From sequence record DRR723986_4969: DNA of 64,000 nt; one strand, written 5' to 3'. A model generated the notes under the pieces. It had not been told where the DNA came from, ran no database searches, and worked only from the letters and a program-made list of their open reading frames with translations. Positions 50,430 through 59,463 of the stretch are shown piece after piece; the first letter of the stretch is position 1; the number at the start of each line of letters is the position of its first letter. The position numbers and the translations under genes are program-made.

Positions 50430-51533
50430 TCATGCGGGGTTCGGCCCGACGTAATGCGACGATGGCCGGATCAACTTTCCGGTTTCCTGCTGTTCCAGAA
50501 CATGGGCGCACCAGCCCGGTGTCCGGCCGACGGCAAACAGCGGCGTGAACAGGGTCCGGTCGATGCCGATCGCGTCCAGCAGGACAGCGGTATAGAACTC
50601 CACGTTGGTTTCCAGCGGGCGGTCGGGCTTGGCGGTTTTCAGTGCCGCAAGCGCTGCCTGTTCGATCTCCTCCGCCAGACGCACTTTCGGGTTCTCAGGC
50701 CCAAGCAGGCGCAGCCCTGCCTTCAGGACGTCCGCGCGCGGATCCCTTGTCCTGTAGATCCGGTGACCGAAACCCATCAGCCGCTCCTTGCGTGCCAAGG
50801 CTTCGCCAATCCAGGCAGCTGCGTTTTCCGGACTGCCGATAGCATCGATCATGTCCAGCACAGGGCCTGGCGCGCCGCCATGCAGCGGTCCGCTGAGGGC
50901 GCCCATCGCACCAAGAACGGCCTGTTTCAGGTTCGCCTGGGTCGAGCCGATCACGCGCGCCGTGAAGGTGGAAGCATTCAGCCCGTGATCCAGGATTGTC
51001 ACCAGATAGCGGTTGAGCGCGGCGGCATGGTCGGCAGGTGGCAGCTCGCCCGTCAGCATGCGCAGAAGATCGGTTGCGGTTTCCAGGGTGCTGTCCGGTG
51101 CGATCGGCGTCTGTCCCCTGGCAATCCGGTGAGAGGCGGCCAGAAAGACGGGCAATGCGCCGCTGATCGCAATCGCGTCGGGCAGGTCGGTGGACATCGG
51201 CAAGGCAGCCAGGCCCAGCTGCATGCGTTCATAAACGCCGAGGCTGGAAGGGGCAGCTTCAAGAACCGGCATGACGGCAAAGGCGACCCGCCGGGCTTCA
51301 CCGAAAGCCTCACGCAGGGACGAGGCCTCAGGCATCTGGAAATCCTGCCACAGATGCCGGACGGCCTCCTCGAAGCTCAGCTTGCCGGCCAGATCTTCGA
51401 TATGGCGGCCATAGAGGATGAGGACACCCTTTTGGCCGTCGACATGGCTGAGCATGGTGGTGGCGGCAACAACGCCCTCCAAACCGGCAATCGGGTCCGG
51501 CGTCATCCGGGCGGGGTTCGGCGCTTCGGTCAT
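50430..51533 (-). CDS. Citrate synthase-family protein (short type)
   Basis: GLEGVVAA, DHGLNASTF, GPLHGGAP, GFGHRIYRTRDPR, NVEFY. Confidence 0.9.
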   Translation of the reverse strand: MTEAPNPARMTPDPIAGLEGVVAATTMLSHVDGQKGVLILYGRHIEDLAGKLSFEEAVRHLWQDFQMPEASSLREAFGEARRVAFAVMPVLEAAPSSLGVYERMQLGLAALPMSTDLPDAIAISGALPVFLAASHRIARGQTPIAPDSTLETATDLLRMLTGELPPADHAAALNRYLVTILDHGLNASTFTARVIGSTQANLKQAVLGAMGALSGPLHGGAPGPVLDMIDAIGSPENAAAWIGEALARKERLMGFGHRIYRTRDPRADVLKAGLRLLGPENPKVRLAEEIEQAALAALKTAKPDRPLETNVEFYTAVLLDAIGIDRTLFTPLFAVGRTPGWCAHVLEQQETGKLIRPSSHYVGPNPA

Positions 51534-51574
51534 GGCTATCTCCTTTTCTTTCCCGGTCAGATAGAAAGAGAAGA

Positions 51575-51610
51575 TTGCATTGATCAATGTTGATAATTAA
51601 AATCAATGTA
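51575..51610 (+). promoter_or_regulatory. Sigma70-type promoter for a probably leaderless HTH-citrate-synthase mRNA, overlapped by dyads
   Basis: TTGCAT(51575)-N17-TAAAAT(51598-51603) with ATG at 51610; palindrome CATTGATCAATG (51578-51589) and TTGAT-N7-ATCAA (51590-51606). Confidence 0.65.
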
Positions 51611-52779
51611 TGAGCAAGCCGATCTACCTGTCCGCCCGTGAAGCCGCTGCCGAACTTGGTGTTCAGCCCGCGACTCTCTACGCCTACGTCAGCCGGGGGC
51701 TGATCAATTCCGTTGCCGGTCCGGGCAAGCAGCGCCGCTACGACGCGGTGGATGTGCGCCGCATGAAAGGCCGCAAGGCTGCCGACGACTACTCCGGTGC
51801 TCGACCCTTGACCGGCGACCCGGTGCTGGAAACCGAACTGACGCTGATTTCGGAAGCCGGTCCGGTCTATCGTGGCCGACCGGCGGTCGATCTGGCGCAA
51901 ACCTCCACGCTTGAAACCGTGGCCACCCTGCTCTGGGCGTCGCAGGAAGACCCGTTTGCCGAAAGCGCTCCATTGCCCCCGCCCGACCTGCCGGAGGGAC
52001 TTGCGCCTCTGGACCGGCTGATGGTCGCGCTTGCCGCCTGGCCGCTGCAGGACAAGGCGGCCTACACCCAGGCACCCAAGCTTCTGCAAGTGAAAGGCGC
52101 TGCCCTGCTGCGCTACGCGGTTGCAGCTCTCCTTAACGCAGATCCGGTCGACGTGCCGATCCACACGCAGATTGCCAATGCTTTCGGCGTGTCGTCTTCG
52201 GCGAAGAACGTGATCCGGGCGGCGCTGATCCTGTGTGCCGACCACGAGCTCAACACCAGTGCCTTCGCGACGCGCTGTGCTGCCTCCACCCGGGCACCCC
52301 TCCACGCAGCCCTTCTTTCCGGTCTGGGAGCCTTTGCCGGTCCGCGCCACGGTGCTGCATCCGACAGGACAACGGCATGGCTGTCCGGTGTCGGGCCGGA
52401 CACCGATATAGAGACCCTGCTTTCGGACCGGTTGAGCCGGGGCGAGCCCCTGCCCGGCTTCGGTCACACGATCTACCGCGGGCCGGATCCGCGCGCCGCT
52501 TGCCTGCTCGACGTGCTTTACCGCAGCGAGCCCGCGCACCCCTTCGTCCAGCGCCTGCCGGGTTTGATTACGGTTGCGCGTGACCTGTTCGGCGAAGCGC
52601 CGAACATCGATCTTGCCCTTGCAGCCACACAAAAGACCTATGACCTGCCGAAGGACGCCGGCAAGATCATCTTCTGCGCTGCCCGCATGACCGGATGGAT
52701 CGCTCATGCGCTGGAGCAATACGCGGCACCGGAACAGATCCGCCCGCGGGCCGCCTATGTTGGCGAGCGTCCGGAATAA
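51610..52779 (+). CDS. HTH (MerR/excisionase-like)-citrate synthase domain fusion, probable regulator
   Basis: YLSAREAAAELGVQPATLYAYVSRG HTH; ADHELNTSAF, RHGAA, PGFGH, NIDLA. Confidence 0.88.
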   Translation: MSKPIYLSAREAAAELGVQPATLYAYVSRGLINSVAGPGKQRRYDAVDVRRMKGRKAADDYSGARPLTGDPVLETELTLISEAGPVYRGRPAVDLAQTSTLETVATLLWASQEDPFAESAPLPPPDLPEGLAPLDRLMVALAAWPLQDKAAYTQAPKLLQVKGAALLRYAVAALLNADPVDVPIHTQIANAFGVSSSAKNVIRAALILCADHELNTSAFATRCAASTRAPLHAALLSGLGAFAGPRHGAASDRTTAWLSGVGPDTDIETLLSDRLSRGEPLPGFGHTIYRGPDPRAACLLDVLYRSEPAHPFVQRLPGLITVARDLFGEAPNIDLALAATQKTYDLPKDAGKIIFCAARMTGWIAHALEQYAAPEQIRPRAAYVGERPE

Positions 52780-52857
52780 GCCTGGTCACTTTTGCGGGAT
52801 GCTTGTATCGGGGCGTCTTTGCGACTACTTAAAACGGGCACCTTCGAGGTGCGTCCC

Positions 52858-52899
52858 ATGGAGATTGGATGTCAGAGATTGCGTGAGCAGGCTCTCTGA
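52858..52899 (+). CDS. Putative leader peptide MEIGCQRLREQAL
   Basis: GAGG RBS upstream; overlaps a segment complementary to the rsgA initiation region. Confidence 0.4.
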   Translation: MEIGCQRLREQAL

Positions 52900-52978
52900 A
52901 GATCAGAGAGCCTTGAATACATGAACCGGTGCCTTGGCGGGCGCCCGATGACGTGTGTTTAATTCACGAGACAATCCA

Positions 52979-54073
52979 ATGGTACGGAACTATTCCGACT
53001 TCTTTCCCGCACGCCCCGGAAACGATGGGCCGGACAAAAACACTTCACGGCTTCTTTCACTTGGCTGGCGGCCCTATTTTGCACAACAGATCAGCTCCGA
53101 CGAGCTGACGGCAACACCGCCCGTCCGTGTTGTCGAGGTCCATCGAAACGCGCTTCACGTGGTCGGCGAAGGGCTGGACGAAGCGATCCTGCCTGTCAGG
53201 AACGCCACGGTAGGCGACTGGTTGCTGCTGGACCGCGCTCATCCGCCATCAAGCCGGGTGCTGGAGCGACAGAGCCTGCTCAAGCGTCGTGCACCTGGAA
53301 CCGATCGACAGATCCAGCTGATCGCAGCCAACATCGACACGGTGTTCGTGGTGTCTTCCTGCAATCAGGACTTCAATATTGCCCGGCTGGAGCGGTACAT
53401 CGCGCTTGCGTTTGAGGCCGGTATAGATCCGGTGATCGTCCTGACCAAGTCGGATCTGGCGAGCGATCCGGAAAACTATGTCGATCAGGCTCGGACGATT
53501 TCGAACTCGGTTCCGGTCGTGACGCTGGACGCGCGCGGCGATGAGCCGGGTTTGAAACTCGCGGCCTGGTGCAAGCCGGGCAAAACAGTTGCCTTCCTTG
53601 GCTCTTCGGGCGTCGGCAAGTCGACGCTAACCAACGCGCTTTCCGGCACCGAGGACATAGCCACGCAGGCTATTCGCGAAGACGACGCCAAGGGCCGTCA
53701 CACGACGACCCACCGGCAACTTCACGTGGTTCCAGGCGGTTGTCTGGTGCTGGATACACCGGGCATGCGGGAACTGCAGCTGACGGATGTGGCAGCCGGG
53801 ATCGATGATCTGTTCTCGGATCTGAACGAGCTGGCATCCCGTTGCCGCTTCACTGACTGCCGGCACGAAACGGAGCCCGGTTGCGCCGTTCAGGCCGCGC
53901 TGGCGGACGGCACCCTGGAACCTGGCCGGCTGAACAGGTGGCGAAAGCTGAAGGCGGAAGAAGCCTTCAACTCTGCAAGTCTGGCGGAGCGCAGGTCCAA
54001 GGACCGGGCATTCGGCAAGATGGTCCGAAGCGTCATGAAGCAGAAGAAGCAGAAAACCTGGGGCCTGGAGTAG
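52979..54073 (+). CDS. rsgA: RsgA-family ribosome small subunit-dependent GTPase
   Basis: TVGDW, IAANID, LTKSD, GSSGVGKSTL, GRHTTT, DTPGMRE, CRFTDCRHETEPGC. Confidence 0.93.
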   Translation: MVRNYSDFFPARPGNDGPDKNTSRLLSLGWRPYFAQQISSDELTATPPVRVVEVHRNALHVVGEGLDEAILPVRNATVGDWLLLDRAHPPSSRVLERQSLLKRRAPGTDRQIQLIAANIDTVFVVSSCNQDFNIARLERYIALAFEAGIDPVIVLTKSDLASDPENYVDQARTISNSVPVVTLDARGDEPGLKLAAWCKPGKTVAFLGSSGVGKSTLTNALSGTEDIATQAIREDDAKGRHTTTHRQLHVVPGGCLVLDTPGMRELQLTDVAAGIDDLFSDLNELASRCRFTDCRHETEPGCAVQAALADGTLEPGRLNRWRKLKAEEAFNSASLAERRSKDRAFGKMVRSVMKQKKQKTWGLE

Positions 54074-54109
54074 CGGGTCTGGAAGGCCAAGGCTTACGTA
54101 GCTGCTGAC

Positions 54110-54140
54110 ATCCGGGGCCGGGCTCTGCCCGGCCCCGGAT
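54110..54140. terminator. Perfect 14-bp inverted repeat between convergent genes
   Basis: ATCCGGGGCCGGGC-tct-GCCCGGCCCCGGAT; no U-tail. Confidence 0.55.
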
Positions 54141-54180
54141 CAATGCTTTCCAGCGCACCCGGAGTTGGCAAGCAGCTTGG

Positions 54181-54645
54181 TCACAGTGTCAGCCGCATGT
54201 GGACGATCCGCTTGTCGCCGCGCTGTTCCTGATGGGTTTCCGCGAAACCCGCACGCTGGTACCAGGCCCGGTTTTCGGTCATGAGTACGTTAGTATAGAG
54301 CCGGATTTCGCTCAGCCCGAAGTCCGCTGCGCGCCGCCGCGCCCAGTCGAGCAGCTGCCTGCCACGGCCCTTGCCCTGCTCTTCCGGATCAACGGCAATG
54401 CTTTCGATCAGGAGATGGTCCGGATGCCGGATCAGAACAAGGCTGGCGGCAAGAGAGGTGCCGGAGCGGAGCACCCAGACGTCGTCCCGCCGGATATGCG
54501 CGGCATAATCGGCGGTCATTGGCACGGGGACGGCGTTGATGACCGGGATATAATGCGCATAGGCCCGCCGGGCGAGTTCGGTCATTGCGACTGCATCACC
54601 CGGGTTTGCCTGGTCAAGGCCTCCGGAAACCTGTGGGGTGTCCAT
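54181..54645 (-). CDS. GNAT family acetyltransferase
   Basis: IAVDPEEQGKGRGRQLL, LYTNVLMTENRAWYQRAGF. Confidence 0.9.
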   Translation of the reverse strand: MDTPQVSGGLDQANPGDAVAMTELARRAYAHYIPVINAVPVPMTADYAAHIRRDDVWVLRSGTSLAASLVLIRHPDHLLIESIAVDPEEQGKGRGRQLLDWARRRAADFGLSEIRLYTNVLMTENRAWYQRAGFAETHQEQRGDKRIVHMRLTL

Positions 54646-54651
54646 TAGGGA

Positions 54652-55497
54652 TCAAAGCCTTGTTTTCATGAAGGATTCGAAATCGGGGATTCCTTCCGGC
54701 ATGGTTTCGGTCCTGTCGAAACAACCGAAGGTGCCGCCGTCTTTCATGTCTTCGGCAGCGGCAATGAAGGCGCGGTAGGCAAGTCGTGCCAGACCTGCCC
54801 CGATGGAGACGCGCGTAACGCCCATGTCGCCCAGTTCCTTGCGGGTCAGGTGGAAGTTCTTGCGCCCGGCCAGGACGTTCATCGGTGCTTTCACGGCGGC
54901 CAGAACAGCGGCAATCTGTTCCTTGTCCTTCAGCTCAGGTGCATAGACGCAATCGGCACCTGCCTCTGCAAAAGCGTTCAGCCGCTTGATCGTTTCGTCA
55001 AGTTCATGCTGCGTCTGGACGGGTCCTTCACTGCGGGCAGTCAGAACGAAATCCGGCGCCAGCCGGTTCTTGGCATCCACCGCCGCCTTGATCCGCTCCA
55101 CCGCCAGCTCCAGATCGTAGTAGGGATGTTTCGGATCGGTTGTGTAATCCTCGATGGAGCAGCCGGCGAGGCCAACCTCGATCGCCCCCTTGACCGTTGC
55201 CGCCACATCGTCCGGGCTGTCGCCGAACCCGTTCTCCAGGTCACCGTTCACCGGCACGCTGGTCGCGGCAATGATGTCGGCGGCATGTCCGAGCGCATCG
55301 TCGCGCGTGATCAGCCCTTCGGCATCCTTCACGCCTTGCGTCCAGGCATATCCGGCGCTGGACGTGGCCATCGCGTCAAACCGCAACCCGTCCAGAATGC
55401 GGGCTGTGCCGATATCGAAGGGATTCGGCATCAGGAAAGCACGCCCTTTTTCGTGAAGAGCTTTGAAGGCGGCACGGCGTTTGGCTGCGGTCGGCAT
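54652..55497 (-). CDS. Isocitrate lyase/PEP mutase family protein
   Basis: MPNPFDIGTA, ATSSAG, GDLENGFG, CSIED, LTARSE, AGADCVYAP. Confidence 0.9.
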   Translation of the reverse strand: MPTAAKRRAAFKALHEKGRAFLMPNPFDIGTARILDGLRFDAMATSSAGYAWTQGVKDAEGLITRDDALGHAADIIAATSVPVNGDLENGFGDSPDDVAATVKGAIEVGLAGCSIEDYTTDPKHPYYDLELAVERIKAAVDAKNRLAPDFVLTARSEGPVQTQHELDETIKRLNAFAEAGADCVYAPELKDKEQIAAVLAAVKAPMNVLAGRKNFHLTRKELGDMGVTRVSIGAGLARLAYRAFIAAAEDMKDGGTFGCFDRTETMPEGIPDFESFMKTRL

Positions 55498-55722
55498 GGC
55501 CGGATCTCCCTTGAGGTGTATTTCGCAAAGATTACCGTTAAAGTTTAAATCGGCAATGCGATCCCTTTATGATGGGTGCGATGTTGCTCAGGTAAGATCC
55601 AGTTTAGCCAGAATCGGGGCGCCAGTTTGGAAAAACCGTGATTCCAGCGAAACGCCTTGTCTTTGCGTTCGCAGCGCCGTTTGATGGTGAAAGCGCCAGC
55701 AGGCAGATCCAGGGAGGTTGCC

Positions 55723-56370
55723 ATGCCGGAAGATCCCACGACACTATCAGATTTCAACGACCCGATAACAACGGTTGACCAGCTCGAAGCCCATGCCGGA
55801 ACCGCGCCCGAAAAGGTGAGGGTGAAGGAGATCAAGGCACTGGACGACCTGTGCAGGCAGTTCATTGCACGGTCCCCCTTTTGCCTGATCGCGACGGTTG
55901 ATCCGGAGGGTGTGATCGATGTGAGCCCCAAGGGGGACCCGGCCGGTTTCGTCACCGTCTTGAGCGACACAGTGCTGGCGATCCCCGACCGCCCCGGAAA
56001 CCGCCGCCTCGACAGCTACCACAACCTGCTGAAGGACCCGCGCGTCGGACTTATTTTCCTGATCCCGGGCAAGGGCGAGACCTTGAGGGTGTCGGGCAGA
56101 GCCCGCATCGTCCGGGATGCCTGGTTGCTGGAGCGGATGCAGGTGGAGGGCAAACAGCCGGCGATGGCGCTGGCAGTGGAGATCACCCGGGCATTCATGC
56201 ATTGCCCGAAGGCCATGGTCCGCTCGAAGATCTGGCAACCGGAAAGCTGGCGCAATGCTGATGACCTGGGCGACATCGGCGATGCGATGATCCGGCATGG
56301 CAAACTGAAACAGACCCCGGAGGCGCTTCTGGAAGAAGCCACCTCCGAAGGCTTGCTCAGGCTTTATTGA
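55723..56370 (+). CDS. Pyridoxamine 5'-phosphate oxidase-like FMN-binding protein
   Basis: DVSPKGDPAGFV, PDRPGNRRLDS, ETLRVSG, HCPKAMVRS. Confidence 0.88.
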   Translation: MPEDPTTLSDFNDPITTVDQLEAHAGTAPEKVRVKEIKALDDLCRQFIARSPFCLIATVDPEGVIDVSPKGDPAGFVTVLSDTVLAIPDRPGNRRLDSYHNLLKDPRVGLIFLIPGKGETLRVSGRARIVRDAWLLERMQVEGKQPAMALAVEITRAFMHCPKAMVRSKIWQPESWRNADDLGDIGDAMIRHGKLKQTPEALLEEATSEGLLRLY

Positions 56371-56838
56371 TCAGGTCCATGCGGTGCGTGAGACCCTTGC
56401 CGCGTAGCAGCCGCGGCGAGCAAAATGCAGGTGAATGTAGTCGACTTGCGGATTGTCGAAGAACGTCCGGATGACACCTTCCAGCTCGCGGCCTTCAACG
56501 ACTTCCGCGTCGATCATCTCGTGGGCCCGGTTGAAGGCTCGTGCCGACAGCAGGCGCTTCGCCACGACTTCCGGGATCGTGTCCGGGGCCGGATGGTTTT
56601 CCTGCGCGCCATCGGCGACAAAGATCGCATGCCGGGAGCGGTAGGGCGTTTCGCCAGGTTGATGTTCGAAATTGAGCAGGTAAACCCGGGTACCCGGGGC
56701 TGCACCGGCAAGTGACACACGGCAGGGAAACGCTCCGTCCGAAATGTGCACCTGAATGCCCTTCCGCGCGAGTTCCGTGTCACTCAGGCTGCTCAAATGT
56801 GCAAACTCGGTGGCGGGAAGAGGCTCGATCTGAAACAT
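56371..56838 (-). CDS. DUF1203 domain protein
   Basis: FPCRVSL, PYRSRHAIFV, YIHLHFARRGCYAA. Confidence 0.85.
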   Translation of the reverse strand: MFQIEPLPATEFAHLSSLSDTELARKGIQVHISDGAFPCRVSLAGAAPGTRVYLLNFEHQPGETPYRSRHAIFVADGAQENHPAPDTIPEVVAKRLLSARAFNRAHEMIDAEVVEGRELEGVIRTFFDNPQVDYIHLHFARRGCYAARVSRTAWT

Positions 56839-56938
56839 GGTGTTGTCTCCTCAATGGTTGTGAGAAGACCCTAGGCGGCTGAAAACGCCCAAACGACCCG
56901 ATTTGCGAGCGGGAATATATTTTCCCGCTGCCGGTCTG

Positions 56939-57361
56939 TCAGGCCGGGTTTTTGACACCCGCCCGGCGTGCCATACCCAGGGAAACCGGTGCGGTTTCTT
57001 CAAAACCGAATTGGGCATAAAGCGCATTGGCCGGAACATCGGCGATCAGGCTGACATAGGTCGAGGGCGGGAATGCGCTTTCGATATGGGCAGTCAGGGC
57101 TGCCATGATGCGCTTGCCAAGGCCCTGCCCCTGGTAGGCGGGCAAAACCGCGATATCCGTCACCTGGACAAAACAGCCGCCGTCACCAATGAGACGCCCC
57201 ATACCGATCGCTTCATCGCCGTCATAAAGCATCACGCAAAACAGGCTGTTCTTCAGCCCGATTTCCGCCGCGTCCCTGCCGTAGCCGCTCAGCCCGGAAT
57301 CGACCCGCAGGCGCAAATAGGTATCGACGTCGGGGACCTGGGTCTTCAGCGAGATTGTCAT
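56939..57361 (-). CDS. GNAT family acetyltransferase
   Basis: IGMGRLIGDGG, DIAVLPAYQGQGLG, LYAQFGF. Confidence 0.9.
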   Translation of the reverse strand: MTISLKTQVPDVDTYLRLRVDSGLSGYGRDAAEIGLKNSLFCVMLYDGDEAIGMGRLIGDGGCFVQVTDIAVLPAYQGQGLGKRIMAALTAHIESAFPPSTYVSLIADVPANALYAQFGFEETAPVSLGMARRAGVKNPA

Positions 57362-57598
57362 GCAGTGTCCTGGAATCGGCTGCAACAAGGAGGGAACGCG
57401 ACCCTAGCCGATCGCACCGGCGCTGGCCATCGGAATAGACATGCTCAAGCCGGACAAGGGGCTGTTGACCCCAGGCACGCTGCTTTGCATTGAAGGCTCA
57501 AGACAAACGACATCTTGCGTTCCTGCGGTGTTCTAACCGATAACGGCAGGTGGCTGAGAAAATTCGGCCGCGTACCGGAACGAGAAGACTGAGCAGAC

Positions 57599-58306
57599 GT
57601 GGATTTTTTCAATCTCCAGCCCGGGGAATGGCAGGCCCTTCTCTTGACCCTCAAGGTCGCTTCTGCCGCCCTCGCTGTCGCGCTGCCGCTTGCCGTTCTG
57701 ATGGCCTTCGTACTTGCCCGCTACCGGTTCACCGGCCATGGCGCCGTCAATGCTCTCGTGCATCTGCCACTCGTCTTGCCACCGGTGGTCACGGGCTACG
57801 TGCTGCTGCTGACCTTTGGCCGCAAGGGTCCGGTCGGATCGTTTTTGGATAGTGTCTTCGGTGTCACCTTCGCCTTCAATTGGACCGGTGCCGCGCTCGC
57901 TGCCGGTGTGATGGCTTTTCCGTTGATGGTCAGGCCGATCCGTATTTCCTTCGAAGCCGTGGACCCGAAACTGGAAGAAGCGGCCAAGTCGCTCGGTGCC
58001 CATCGCCTGACCGCCTTTCTGACGGTCACCCTGCCTCTTGCCCTGCCGGGAATTCTCGGTGGCGCGATCCTGGGCTTTGCAAAGGCCATGGGCGAATTCG
58101 GTGCGACCATAACCTTCGTCTCCAACATTCCGGGGGAGACAAGAACCCTGTCTCTGGCGCTCTATACCGCCACCCAGACCCCGGGTGGAGAACTGGCTGC
58201 CTTCCGCCTGACGCTGATTGCGGCCTTTGTCGCCTTCGCGGCGCTGATCGCCTCGGAAGCACTGGCGCGCCGATTGCGCGCGCGCATGGGGGGCGGTCAT
58301 GCTTGA
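57599..58306 (+). CDS. modB: Molybdate ABC transporter permease
   Basis: HLPLVLPPVVTGY, LEEAAKSLGA, GEFGATITFVSNIPGETRT. Confidence 0.95.
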   Translation: MDFFNLQPGEWQALLLTLKVASAALAVALPLAVLMAFVLARYRFTGHGAVNALVHLPLVLPPVVTGYVLLLTFGRKGPVGSFLDSVFGVTFAFNWTGAALAAGVMAFPLMVRPIRISFEAVDPKLEEAAKSLGAHRLTAFLTVTLPLALPGILGGAILGFAKAMGEFGATITFVSNIPGETRTLSLALYTATQTPGGELAAFRLTLIAAFVAFAALIASEALARRLRARMGGGHA

Positions 58307-59420
58307 TGTCGACATCACCGGCCGTGTCGGAAAGCTCGATCTTGAAGCCCGGTTCAACAGCCGTGGCGGGGTGACATCGCTTTTCGGCCAGTCGGGGGCC
58401 GGCAAGACAACGCTGACCAACATGATCGCCGGGCTGATCAAGCCGCTCAGCGGACATATCACCGTCAACGGCACGACCCTTTTCGACGCGAACAAGAATA
58501 TCAACCTCTCGGTGCAGGCACGCAGGATCGGTCACGTCTTTCAGGATGCCCGGCTGTTTCCGCATCTCAGCGTTGCCTCGAACCTCACCTATGCGCGCTG
58601 GGCGGGTCGCAGGCCTGGGACCCGGGACATGGCCGAAGTGGTCGATCTGTTGGGGTTGGGCGGGCTCCTGGAGCGAAAGCCCGGAACTCTTTCCGGCGGC
58701 GAGAGGCAACGAGTGGCCATCGGGCGGGCGCTTCTGTCGGACCCGCGGCTCCTGATCATGGACGAGCCGCTGGCCAATCTCGATCAGGCGCGGCGAAACG
58801 ACATTCTTCCGTATCTGGACCGTCTGTGCGTGGAAGCGGGAATTCCGATCCTCTATGTCAGCCATTCCATCGAGGAAGTGGCGCGCCTGTCCAACACGCT
58901 CGTGATCCTGTCGGATGGACGCACACCCGCCTTCGGACCGGTGGCCGACATGCTCGCCCGGACCGATCTGGGCCGGGCAACCGGCCGTCACGAGGCCAGT
59001 GCGCTGCTGGAAGGCACCGTCACCAGATGTGACCCGGACTGGGGCCTGACCGATGTCGATATCGGCGGAGCCACACTGCAGATACCGGATATGGCAGCCG
59101 TGCCGGGCGATGCGGTGCGCCTGCGCATCCGGGCCAGGGATGTTGCCCTGGCAGTCAAACCGCCGGAAGGCCTGTCCATCCGCAATGCCTTCGCGGCGAC
59201 AATCCGCAGTATTTCGAGTGAAAGCGGTCCCTATGCGGAAATCCTTTGCTCCGTCAGCGGACAGGTGCTGCGTGCCCGCATCACCCGCGCGTCCGTTGCC
59301 GACCTCGATCTCCACACAGGCAAGGACGTCACGGTTCTGATCAAGAGCGTTGCCATTGACCGGCGCCAGCGTGCACCGGCCCTGTCGGACACGGCTACCG
59401 GGGAGGATTTCGCTGGATAA
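58299..59420 (+). CDS. modC: Molybdate ABC transporter ATP-binding protein
   Basis: GQSGAGKT, FQDARLFPH, LSGGERQR, DEPLA, C-terminal TOBE SIRN. Confidence 0.95.
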   Translation: MLDVDITGRVGKLDLEARFNSRGGVTSLFGQSGAGKTTLTNMIAGLIKPLSGHITVNGTTLFDANKNINLSVQARRIGHVFQDARLFPHLSVASNLTYARWAGRRPGTRDMAEVVDLLGLGGLLERKPGTLSGGERQRVAIGRALLSDPRLLIMDEPLANLDQARRNDILPYLDRLCVEAGIPILYVSHSIEEVARLSNTLVILSDGRTPAFGPVADMLARTDLGRATGRHEASALLEGTVTRCDPDWGLTDVDIGGATLQIPDMAAVPGDAVRLRIRARDVALAVKPPEGLSIRNAFAATIRSISSESGPYAEILCSVSGQVLRARITRASVADLDLHTGKDVTVLIKSVAIDRRQRAPALSDTATGEDFAG

Positions 59421-59463
59421 GGCTCCCGCTTCACGCGGCGCGCGGCTTGTTTATACTGACGCG

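Noticed and set aside
51590-51606. FNR/FixK box
   Set aside because: The TTGAT/ATCAA spacing is 7, not 4; more likely the local regulator's operator.
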